From Octopus bimaculoides (taxonomy: Eukaryota): 33,842 bases of DNA. Position 1 is the first letter of the stretch. Each line of letters starts with the position of its first letter. The notes beneath the pieces were generated by a model. The model worked only from the letters and a program-made list of their open reading frames with translations, searched no databases and was not told the DNA's origin. The translations under genes and the position numbers were made by a program. The stretch is from the NCBI RefSeq assembly GCF_001194135.2, contig NC_068981.1:169493900-169527741 (forward strand), in the 5' to 3' direction. Shown here one piece after another: positions 11,911 to 22,393 of the stretch.

Positions 11911-12968
11911 ATTGTGTCTATATATAGACACACTCTCAGGCATACATTCATACACACACATACATCCATGTACGAGCATACATATACAAATACGTGTATA
12001 ACCTTTTTATACAAATAGATATACTCCGGTCTACTGATATTTAAGTTATATATAACTGTGTGATCTTCAGATTTGTTCTTGATATATCATGCATCCAGCT
12101 ACATGCCACTTCGTTCTGCACTGCTTCATCCTATCAATTTTGTGTCACAGTCTCGACATTACTGTTGTAATTGGCAAAACTATTTTTGTGTGTCAGAAGA
12201 CAGAACAGAAAGGTCCAAGTTGAACACGGTCAGAAAACTAATTACATAGAATATATTCCTTAGTGGAAGTGTCTACCGTACAAAAATGATAACTTCAATC
12301 TTTAGTGATTATAGACTTATGAAAGCCAAAATAAATTCCGGCGGAATATTCTGTACTGAGTTCGGAAGTTTCAAACATAATTTTCAGTTCAGAAAATATA
12401 ATGATGTTACTAATTGCGACAAGAACGTCATGGCAATCTAACATTCTATCTGCATCAAATACCTTTACAACAGCAATAATGGAAAACAGTATGTTATTTG
12501 AGGTGATAGCATTGGCAACACATTGTTTTATAGAGAGCTTGCTTAGAAAGAAACACAGAACTGTATCTGGCAGTGAGGTTACAGCTCAGAAGTCCAATAG
12601 ACTTTCTCTTTGTTAAAGGAAACCTGGTCACCACCATTTCCGGATCTGCTCTTTCCAGGGTGTTATAGTATATCTTGTCTGTTAGTAGATACTCCACATA
12701 AGATTCGGAAGAGATTCCCCTCTTGACATGTAGCACACAGGCCCACCGGCCTGTAGTCACGATTTTACATCACATGAAAACGTCCCTCTGTCTAAGGGCA
12801 CATTGCTCGAGTATAGAGACGAAAGAATAGGAAACTAGTATAGTACACGTTACATATACTAGCAGAAAGCAACTGGAAATTATTGCTGTATATTTCCCAA
12901 GAAATTTCGTGAATCAGCAGTCGTTGTTATCAAGGTAGATGACCATCAACAACTGTAGGAATTTCATA

Positions 12969-12972
<4 letters not shown>

Positions 12973-13059
<87 letters not shown>

Positions 13060-13111
13060 TGTGTGTGTGAGAGAGAGAGTGTGTGTGTGTGTGTATGTGT
13101 GTGTGTGTGTA

Positions 13112-13203
<92 letters not shown>
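12973..13203. repeat. Alternating (GA)n/(GT)n compound microsatellite
   Basis: Direct reading. Confidence 0.95.
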
Positions 13204-13204
<1 letters not shown>

Positions 13205-13760
13205 TGGTAATAGCAATGAATGCATTAAACAACAATAGCAATAACAAAATCTTCGAAATGTTACCTTAGATATAAAAGAATTATTTCTGATATTTCGAGT
13301 AGAATTTGAGAAGAAAATACGCCATGCTTTAGGGAGAACTACATCATACTTGTATCAGTAATAGTTTTCAACACTGACAGAGAAAAGAAATATTTTTGAG
13401 AATGATGTTGTCAAATTCACGATCCCCAACTCTTGAATTGTTGTCATTTCATAGAAATCCGAATAATGATGGATGAATTCAACTCCGATGGGACTTGAAC
13501 TAAAAGTGGAAAGAATCACTTCTAATGGTGCGTTATCGATTTTTGTTATTCAGCACACTTACAACAATAATATGCTTCACTACATATCCGCAAGGTCACA
13601 AAGTTAGCGAGCGTGAATAGTCATTAAACAGACCAAAATACGTAGTGAGTATAAATTGTAATGGCACCAAAACCATGAAGAGGAAATCCTAGAATTAAAG
13701 GCCATCAATTACTGCAGTTTTAAGGGTTTTGATTCCCAAAGAGAAGCAAAAACTTTAGAT

Positions 13761-13955
13761 TTCTTATGTACACAAAAGGCCTCACATTTGGAGGAGGGCT
13801 ATAGTCGATTATGTCGACCTCATAAGTTTTCTTGCAATGGCGATGTATGAAATTGGTTTCAGAAGGATTTGAACTCAGAACGTAAAGATCTATAACAAAA
13901 TATTGCAGGGCATTCTGACCGAGGTCCTAATGATCCTGCAAATACCGCACCCCTT
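13761..13955 (-). mobile_element. tRNA-derived SINE (family 1), decayed
   Basis: aggcctcacatttggaggagg..agtcgattatgtcgacc...atttgaactcagaacgtaaag...gcattctgacc. Confidence 0.75.
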
Positions 13956-13965
13956 CAATAATAAA

Positions 13966-14137
<172 letters not shown>

Positions 14138-14139
14138 CA

Positions 14140-14480
14140 CTTAAATGAAAGAAGTTAAAAGAATACTATAGACGAGTTAGATTAATACTGAAAACAGATC
14201 TCGATCCGAAAAACAAGATAATAGGTATGAACACTCTAGCCGTCCCAGTTATAAGTTACTGCTACAATATTCTTAACTGGATTCTAAATGAACTAATCAA
14301 CGTAGACAGGAAAACAAGAAAATTAATGACAGGATTTAGGTTGCATCACCCAAAATCTGACATAGAAAGGTCATATATACAACGCATCGAAGATGTACAG
14401 GCCTTCTACAACTAGAAAACTATAACAAAATAACGACCATAGGATCACAGAAATACCTACTTCAGAAGCAAAGAAAACTG
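14140..14480 (+). mobile_element. Decayed R4/Dong-clade non-LTR retrotransposon fragment 1 (RT C-terminal/thumb region)
   Basis: Translation from 14227: MNTLAVPVISYCYNILNWILNELINVDRKTRKLMTGFRLHHPKSDIERSYIQR. This resembles the 'INTxAVPVxxY..DRKTRKxxT...HHPKxDxxRLYxxR' segment typical of R4-clade RTs. It has stops and starts right after an (AAC)n(AAT)n tract. Confidence 0.85.
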
Positions 14481-14484
14481 ATAC

Positions 14485-15500
14485 GAAATATCAAGTCACC
14501 GCAATGAATAGTTGGGTAGTTGCTGTGGTTAGATATATTGCGACCATTCTAGATAGACTGAAGAAGAAATATCAAATCTGGATAGAATGTAATGAAAGTT
14601 GATAACATTGTACTGACCTTTTCACACTAAAGCAAAATGTAAGTAGGTTGTACATGATGAAAAAGAATGGTACTAAATGTGCCATTAGTGTGGATTACTC
14701 TATAAGTAGTAATAGGTGAACGCTTGCAGAATATTTGGTAAAGAGTGACGAAGATTTGCTGCAATATGGAGCTGAAGATAGGTGTAAATGCAGATGGAAT
14801 GTTTGGTAAGGAAGAGTTTAACTAAAGAGTTGAAGTAAAGAAGACAGATCTTCTGGAAATGAAAATGCATAGTCAGAGTGAGATACACAAAGTATCAAGG
14901 ATAAAATAACGTCGTGGACATGACATAAACAATGGAATTTGAGACATACTACTGAAAGACTTATAAATGCAGCACAAGATCAAGCCCTCCCTATCAATTC
15001 GGTGAAGTGTTACATTTATAAAACTTCTAACACAAAGAAGTGCAGATTCTTTGAAAAGAATGTGTCAAATGTAACGTGCTTGGCAAATAGATGTGAGAAG
15101 CTTGCGCTCAAAGAATACAAGCGCCGTCATGACAAAATCTGTTAACATATTCATTGGCTCTTACGAAAATTCCAATACTAACGAACAGGATGTGTCTAGT
15201 AAAGTAATGCAGATCATTGATGTATCCATACAAAATGACATGAACATTGCGAGTAAATAGGTTGAAAATGGTCACCAGGTACTCCAAATTGAAGGTGAAG
15301 ATGGTAAAATTGTTTGGAATGGGAGATGATGGTGCAAAAATGATATTAGTTGTGATCGAGGCATTAAGGTCAATCCTACTGAAGCATCAAAACTTCCTAA
15401 AGCAGTTGAAAATATCTTTGTTATACAAAATTCAGCCTTGCTAAGTTCTGCGCACACTCTATGATTTCCATGTTGTGACTTGATAAATGGCTAAATACCC
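14485..15500 (+). mobile_element. Decayed R4/Dong-clade RLE non-LTR retrotransposon fragment 2 (RT thumb, degenerate zinc knuckle, RLE, 3' end)
   Basis: Pieces read across frameshifts and stops: AMNSWVVAVVRY..ILD; SRLYMMKKNG...ISVD; TTERLINAAQDQALPINSVK...KCRFFEKNVSNVTCLANRCEKLALKEYKRRHDKIC*HIHWLL (14939-15165; decayed CCHC followed by RHD); QIIDVSIQNDMNIASK; VVIEALRSI; IQNSALLSSAHTL. Confidence 0.9.
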
Positions 15501-15532
15501 CGTTGCATTTTCCATCCACCATGCGTGGAATT

Positions 15533-15888
15533 GCATGTCAGTTGCTTGTCCTTAACCAGTTAAACATGTTCCTTAGTAACTTTTAAAATATTTATCTCTG
15601 ATAACGAAGAGGAGTAGTGGGAAACATGTTTCATTCATCATCCTTAAACAAACCTTATTCGGGGATATTTTGAGCGGGATGGCCTACTCGACCCGCCGAA
15701 GAAAATTCTAACTCCTACAACGTTGTGCGCTGTTTATCTTGATATGAGACCACCACGTCACGAACATACGGTTGTGATGCATACGTCTAGTGTAACCATA
15801 TCAGACGGATGGTCATGCTGGGTATATTGGACTTTGTATACATATGTACCTTAGTGTCATTTTGTTGGCATGCATTGCTCTCTCATTC
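15533..15888. mobile_element. Unclassified interspersed element, copy 1 (partial)
   Basis: Aligns by eye to 16055-16430 (e.g. ccttattcggggatattttgagcgggatggcctactcgacc vs cttattcagggacattttgagtggggtggcctactcgacc). Both copies end gcatgca(t/c)tgctctctca(t/c)tc followed by (AAT/AAC)n. Confidence 0.8.
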
Positions 15889-15927
15889 AATAACAACAAC
15901 AACAACAACAATGATAATAATAATAAT

Positions 15928-16430
15928 TGCCGTGGTGCAGTACCAGGGAGTGGCTCTCATGGCTTTTGATCTTAACTGATTGGAAGTGTTATCATTTACA
16001 TTGTTTTGTCTTGATATAAAAGATGGGCTAAGGCAAATATTCTGCTCAATAGCACAGTTGAGCATGTCCCTTAATGGCTGACGATATGTGCATCTCTGAT
16101 CACGAGCAGAAGTAGTGGGGGAGCATCATAGCCAGACCTTGAGATGAATTCTTTGAGGCTTGAATAATTCACCTCTGAAAACATAGGTGTTTTGTTCATC
16201 ATCCTAAAAACAAAACTTATTCAGGGACATTTTGAGTGGGGTGGCCTACTCGACCTGACGAACATTTTAACTGGGCCCCCACCTGCAAGGTCATGTGCTG
16301 TTTATCTTTATATGAGACCACCATGTCGTGCACATATGGTTGTGATGCATATGGCTAGTGTACCCTTATCGGACGGCTTCGTATATTTTACCCCTGTGTC
16401 ACTTTGATGGCATGCACTGCTCTCTCACTC
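15928..16430. mobile_element. Unclassified ~500-bp interspersed element, copy 2, flanked on both sides by (AAT)n
   Basis: Second, longer copy of the element at 15533-15888. No convincing ORF or TIR. Flanked by (AAT/AAC)n at 15889-15927 and 16431-16515. Confidence 0.8.
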
Positions 16431-16483
<53 letters not shown>

Positions 16484-16530
16484 CAACAACAACAACAACA
16501 ATAATAATAATAATTATTATTATTATTATA
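16431..16530. repeat. (AAT)n(AAC)n(AAT)n(ATT)n tract
   Basis: Direct reading; the strand flips from AAT to ATT at ~16514. Confidence 0.95.
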
Positions 16531-16660
16531 ACGCACATTCTGCCTAAAGCACTTTCAATACAGTGAAAATAAGAGCACCAAAACAATCTGCAGTACATAC
16601 CTAAGGTACACAGAGCTGCCTTATGTAGTGTACTCAAAGCACGTGATTAAAATAAGACTA
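16531..16660 (+). mobile_element. Extreme 3' end of an R4/Dong-type LINE (fragment 3)
   Basis: acgcacattctgcctaaagcactttcaatacagtga = THILPKALSIQ*, the typical 'TAHILRKxL' C-terminus of RLE ORFs. Followed by ~95 nt of 3' UTR and an (AAC)n(AAT)n tail at 16660-16725. Confidence 0.7.
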
Positions 16661-16670
16661 CAACAGCAGC

Positions 16671-16715
<45 letters not shown>

Positions 16716-16726
16716 AATAATAATAA

Positions 16727-17232
16727 AGCTTGGACAAAGCACGGAACTGATACGAACATGAACCAGTAGGAGTTATCGAGCACAATAAATGTAAGATACT
16801 TTGAAATCTTACAATCCCTAATCGATGCTCGGAGACCAGACATTGTTGCGGTAGATAAAGAAAAAAATGGAAAACAAGATTATAGACATTGCAATACATG
16901 GGGATGTGTGCGTAAGTGACAAAGAAAGAGAAAAGACGGTAAAGTACAGACTACTAAAATACGAAATTGCAAGAATGTGGACTATGAGGAGAGCGTCTGT
17001 CATCCCAAGAATTGTCGGGGCTTCGAGTGCCCCGACAACCAAGTTCGAGAAATATGTCAGAAAAATTGCAATTGATATGAGATCAAAGCAGGCCCAAAAA
17101 AACTGCTCTGCCGGGGGCAGCTAAGAGATCCCTGTGCATAAAGAGACCCCGTGAAACCTCTAACAACAGGCTGCTGTCCGCTCTCACAGAATCAGTCAGA
17201 GTAAACAAGACCGAGTGCTCCGAGAAGTACAG
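16727..17232 (+). mobile_element. R4/Dong-type LINE 3' fragment 4 (restriction-like endonuclease domain + 3' UTR)
   Basis: YEHEPVGVIEHNKCKIL; IDARRPDIVAVDKEK; then after a frameshift KIIDIAIHGDVCVSDKEREKTVKYRLLKYEIARMW..VIPRIVGA (ORF 16867-17124), i.e. a PD..D..K..KY RLE motif. (AAT)n tail at 17233-17254. Confidence 0.92.
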
Positions 17233-17254
17233 CAACAATAATAATAATAATAAT

Positions 17255-17472
17255 CCTTTCCACTATAGGCACAAAGCCTGAAATTGTCTGGGAGCGGGTT
17301 AGACGATTACATCGACCCCAGTGTTTCTCAAGTAATTAATGTATCCATCTGGAAGGGATGACAGGCAAAGTCGACCACGGCAGAAGTTGAACTCAGAAAG
17401 TGCAGACGGACTAAATGCCGCTAAGCATTTTGCCCCGCGTGCTAACGACTCTGCCAGATCGCTGGCCGCCTT
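17255..17472 (-). mobile_element. tRNA-derived SINE (family 1), full length
   Basis: Minus-strand head aaggcggcc..TGGCAGAGTCG (A-box-like)...GAGTTCAACTTC (B-box-like). Body gactttgcc..ggggtcgatgtaatcg. (ATT)n tail shared with LINE fragment 4. Confidence 0.9.
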
Positions 17473-17589
17473 AAACAATAATAATAACAAGAAATTATTA
17501 TGTCAAATTGTGTCACAATACCAGGAATTTCATTAAGTTAATTACATTGTCCCTACTGCTCTGCTCATTCGGTTCTTATTTTTATATAT

Positions 17590-17680
17590 TCCAAAATGAT
17601 GATAGGCAAAGTCGACCGCGGTGGAATGTAAAGACGGAGAAAAATGCCGCTTGTCCAGCTTACTAACTATACTACCTGCC
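17590..17680 (-). mobile_element. SINE family 1, head-side fragment
   Basis: ggcaaagtcgaccgcggtggaatgtaaagacgg..aaatgccgct duplicates 17364-17420. Confidence 0.7.
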
Positions 17681-17689
17681 TATAATCTC

Positions 17690-17726
17690 ACTACTACTAC
17701 TACTACTACTAGCACCACCACCACTG

Positions 17727-17774
<48 letters not shown>

Positions 17775-17791
17775 ATACTACTACTAGTAGC

Positions 17792-17828
<37 letters not shown>

Positions 17829-17836
17829 GCACCACC

Positions 17837-17882
<46 letters not shown>

Positions 17883-17935
17883 GCACCATCACCACCACCA
17901 CCACTACTACTACTGCTACTACTACTACTAGCACC

Positions 17936-17969
<34 letters not shown>

Positions 17970-17980
17970 GCACCATCACC

Positions 17981-18078
<98 letters not shown>

Positions 18079-18128
18079 AACTACTACTATTACTACTAGC
18101 ACCACCACCACTACTGCTGCTATTACTG

Positions 18129-18193
<65 letters not shown>
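17690..18193. repeat. Long compound (ACT)n microsatellite with recurring AGC(ACC)n interruptions
   Basis: About 500 bp of ACT/ACC triplets with seven 'tagcacca' restarts. Confidence 0.95.
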
Positions 18194-18194
<1 letters not shown>

Positions 18195-18255
18195 ATGATA
18201 ATGATGATGATTATAGCAGCAGCAAGAACGACAATAATGAAATGATAGCAACAAC

Positions 18256-18329
<74 letters not shown>

Positions 18330-18345
18330 AAGAAGAAGAAGAAGA
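18256..18345. repeat. (AGT)n then (GAA)n microsatellite
   Basis: Direct reading. (AGT)n is the reverse complement of the upstream (ACT)n. Confidence 0.95.
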
Positions 18346-19099
18346 ATGATAATATTATTGTCAGTCAGTAATAATAAGTAACGGCATTAACCTTCATCAA
18401 ATCTCGACATTCTTTCTACACCAGACTTAATCTGTTACTACACACCACGCAATCCTCTTGGTTTATTTATATTGTCTTATTTCCTTTACACACATCACAA
18501 TCTTCAGATAATTACTTCTGTTATTCACCTAACGCTTATGTATTTGTGTCTAAGTACCTAATTACATATCTATGATATATGCATAATACCTACATACATG
18601 CGTACTTACTTACATACATATGCAAACATACATACATATATTTATAAATGTGTGCATGCGCGTGTGTATGTGTGTCTATGTGTGCGTGCGTGAGTGTGTG
18701 TTTGTGTATATATATGTGTGTGCGTGTGTGTATGTATTCACACATATACATACATGCATGTATACATACGTTATTTTGTCTAGATCTGTCTTTCTGAACC
18801 CTCTGAATATGGTTGTTGTACAACAGCATCACTTGACTCAGTGTACAGATTGTTTAAATACTAGCCTAAATATCGATGGTTTATATTACAACTCTGTCAC
18901 AACAAAGACAGTTTGACCTAGAGACTACCTAGATGCACTCTAGAACAAAATTTCGACTCCTGGAACATAGCATTGTTTGATCAGTAATGCCATGTGACTA
19001 ACAAGAAACATCACCAGAACCAACAGTAAGCAAATCTTTGAGTCTGTAAATATATACAAGTTTTTAAAGTTAGTACAATGAGCGCTTAAAGCAAAAGTT

Positions 19100-19270
19100 G
19101 GATTCACAGCAGCGTTAGAATCTGAACAAAATGCTTGGCGGTATCTGTTTCAGCTGGTTACATTTGATTTTAAATATTTGTAGATCAACTTTATTTTACC
19201 GTTTGCCCCTGAGGGATCAAAAAAGTAAATTATCAACATGAAAAGTATTCGGTTTAATCGGCTGCCAACT
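19100..19270 (+). mobile_element. SINE family 1, decayed plus-strand copy
   Basis: cgttagaatctgaacaaaatgcttggcggtat...gatcaacttt...tttaatcggct corresponds to the reverse complement of the minus-strand copies. Confidence 0.55.
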
Positions 19271-20331
19271 TGTGACAATATTTTAGTATGGAGAACAAAA
19301 CTACGCCAGAAGGGACTCATTTTCGGCGCGCAAGATACATTACTAGCAATTTGTAATAGTATTTACTACTGTCAAACATAGCTCATAAAACACGAATCCC
19401 ATAATTCACTCTTTCACGTACCCACTCACATTACCTTTTTGAGTCATCTTTTACTCAACAACCATAACAAATTTGTCGAGTCAGAGCTTTCCATAACGCC
19501 AAGGAATTGTTTCCTTATTGCAATAGAGCTTGGGAACACGAGTGCTTCCCTCAAACCCACACATATCTTCCGTAGCACCATTCAGAAATTTGGGCGTTTG
19601 CTTTGGTTTGTTTAATTATCTTATCATTCCTATATAAGCCACCACCAGAAAAGAAAAAAAAGGTGTGGCTGTGTTAATTCTCATTGAGTCATCTCTGAAC
19701 GATTGCTGCTTTGGGGCAAAAGTCAGTCATACTGTTAGGCATAATACACAAGGAATGATTTATTTACTCCAACAATACATTGCTCCAACATTCATCGACG
19801 ACGAGCAGTGTAAGTTCAGCACCAGAGTTGAATACTAGTCAGGAATAGGAGCACACTGTACACTGCTGGGAGAAAGAAACATAATTCGGTTGACTTTATT
19901 TCCAGTTGTGTGCTCCATCATAATTTCCCTTGTGCATCCGTACTCTACTGAGATTAATGATTAGTGATACAAGCAATATTCATACCAAAAAGCATTCTTT
20001 ATTATCCCACGTAACACATTTCTTGTTGGAACATCGAATACTGTGTTATTAGCCTTGGGAGCTCCTCTCGTATAGGCGCTTGGTGCATAAATGCACACAC
20101 ATAGCTCGTAGTAGACGAGCGTCTCTGTTATGTGCGCCGGAATACACATATGTGATTTCATTCTATGGGATATCATCAGTGGAAAGTGTTTTGTCACTGA
20201 ATGCCAGTCAATGCTCGCTGCTACGATATAGAGAATATCAACATCTTTCCAGGCACTTATGTCGCAAATAGCCAGCAGGCTTATTAAAAATTTATTTTCA
20301 CCGATATAAGCAGTATTAATACACACACACA

Positions 20332-20367
<36 letters not shown>

Positions 20368-20565
20368 NNNNNNNNNNNNNNNNNNNNNNNNNNNNNNNNN
20401 NNNNNNNNNNNNNNNNNNNNNNNNNNNNNNNNNNNNNNNNNNNNNNNNNNNNNNNNNNNNNNNNNNNNNNNNNNNNNNNNNNNNNNNNNNNNNNNNNNNN
20501 NNNNNNNNNNNNNNNNNNNNNNNNNNNNNNNNNNNNNNNNNNNNNNNNNNNNNNNNNNNNNNNNN

Positions 20566-20817
20566 AATAACCAAGTTTCATGAACTCATCAATGAAAATC
20601 CACTTTCACATATAGAAAAATTAATAATTAAAAGCACAATAAATGAGTTTAATATAGTACAAAGTAAATATCATACGGTAAAGATAATATTATTATTATC
20701 TTTATCTTATGATATTTACTTTGTATTATATTATACTCATTTATTGTGCTTTTAATTATTAATTTTTCTATATGTGACAGTGGATTTTCATTGATGAGTT
20801 CATGAAACTTGGTTATT
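20566..20817. repeat. Long near-perfect palindrome (124-bp arms, 4-nt loop); foldback/MITE-like
   Basis: 20566-20689 is the reverse complement of 20694-20817 with 5 mismatches. The left end is lost in the N gap; the right side continues ttccctaaaac into (TA)n. Confidence 0.9.
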
Positions 20818-20825
20818 TTCCCTAA

Positions 20826-20867
<42 letters not shown>

Positions 20868-20871
<4 letters not shown>

Positions 20872-21153
20872 ATGATGCAATCTCCTTCACGAACATGGAG
20901 TGTTCAGTTTTATAGAACAACCAGCATAAATGATTTCTTTATAGTAATGCTCTGTCCAATAAGTTCACTCCCTCCATCAACTTGTACTTGGCTGAACGGA
21001 TGTACGGTGTGCCACACATCATGTGTCGAAGTGATCGCAGCGCAATATAACGTGAAATGTTTTGCTCAAGAACAAGACGCACTACCTAGTTCGGGAATTG
21101 AAACCGTGATTTCGAGATCAGGATTGCCACACCCTAACCACGAAACATTGACC

Positions 21154-21157
<4 letters not shown>
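20868..21157 (-). mobile_element. tRNA-derived CORE-like SINE (family 2) with (CAT)n tail
   Basis: Minus strand: gtggttagggtgt (A-box-like)...GGTTTCAATTCCC (B box)...gttcttgagcaaaacattt, which resembles the CORE motif GTGTCCTTGAGCAAGACACTT. (ATG)n at 20868-20878. Confidence 0.75.
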
Positions 21158-21193
<36 letters not shown>

Positions 21194-21480
21194 GGTCCAT
21201 GTTAATGTGTATGCGCGTGTATGGATGAGTGTTTATGATATATATATAAGCACTCATGCATACGCACCAATACGCTTATTCACATACACACATACGTGCA
21301 CGCACACACTCACACATATAAATTTGTACATGCATAAAGATATATATATATATATNNNNNNNNNNNNNNNNNNNNNNNNNNNNNNNNNNNNNNNNNNNNN
21401 NNNNNNNNNNNNNNNNNNNNNNNNNNNNNNNNNNNNNNNNNNNNNNNNNNNNNNNNNNNNNNNNNNNNNNNNNNNNNNNN

Positions 21481-21511
<31 letters not shown>

Positions 21512-21516
<5 letters not shown>

Positions 21517-21746
21517 TGTTCAAAAAGCCTCTCCGCAGTAAGTATTTAACGGTTTTCGGGCGATTCTTGTATGCTGATCCTTTACTTGCTCCCTAGAAAA
21601 AAAAAGTCTGGCGGTGTTAAATCAGGTTGTCTTGGTCGCCACAGCCCCTTCGAAATAATCCGTCCACCGAAGAACTCTTGAAGTAGCGCCATGGTAATGC
21701 GCAGGATCAAAGCAATTCACTGCGGATAGACTTTCTGAACACCCTG
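21512..21746 (-). mobile_element. 235-bp internally deleted mariner/Tc1-family element (MITE-like) with 28-bp TIRs and TA TSD
   Basis: Left TIR tagtgtgttcaaaaagcctctccgcagt (21512-21539); reverse complement of the right end is cagggtgttcagaaagtctatccgcagt (21719-21746), 23/28 identical; TA on both sides. The minus strand from 21692 reads MALLQEFFGGRIISKGLWRPRQPDLTPPDFFFLG, a decayed WPPRSPDLTPxDFFLWG transposase motif. Confidence 0.9.
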
Positions 21747-22256
21747 TATTTGTGAGTACAGCTGTGCATAAATTGATATGTCTATCACTCAGCCGATGTT
21801 AGTGTAGTTATTTTTACATTTTCTTTTTACTGGATTTTTGAATTTATGTTTATGTGTACGTGCCTATACGCGTTTGTGCATCGTTGGAGGTGTATATATG
21901 TGTCTCTGTGTGCGTGCTTCACGTTGTATGCGCACGAAATGTTCGTTTATTCTATTAAGGCAAATATTACTTATTCGAATGTCATCGACTTCTTATACAT
22001 TTAGGTCAAGGAACCTCGAGCGAATTCGTGTAAGATTAATACATATATATTCGTGTGAGTTTACATGTGCACTTGTCTCTCTTTCTCTCTCGCTCTCTCT
22101 CTCTCTATCGCTTACCTCTTTCTCCACACCTCTCTCTCTCTACACACAAACTCGGAAATATGGAAATATGCATGCATAAAAGCACATACGTATATATGTG
22201 CTCAGCTACATACATGCATTCATATACATACATGCATGCATACATACATACATACA

Positions 22257-22287
<31 letters not shown>

Positions 22288-22351
22288 GTACATATATGTC
22301 AAAATGCATGACTTTCATCCTCTCTCTATATATTTATACATATATATCTTA

Positions 22352-22393
<42 letters not shown>

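Noticed and set aside
12494-12790. 88-aa minus-strand ORF and a 7-bp hairpin (acaggcc-cacc-ggcctgt)
   Set aside because: No recognisable motif; a short stem-loop of this kind is expected by chance or in decayed repeat sequence.
17380-17472. tRNA gene (A/B-box-like motifs here and at 1780-1840, 21080-21157, 31480-31573)
   Set aside because: No complete cloverleaf; the motifs are heads of dispersed SINE copies with shared non-tRNA bodies and tails.
17621-18349. 242-aa Thr/Val/Glu-rich 'mucin-like' ORF and its 143-aa poly-Val antisense ORF
   Set aside because: Starts at GTG inside a SINE fragment and consists of (ACT)n/(AGT)n/(GAA)n microsatellite; no splice or domain context.
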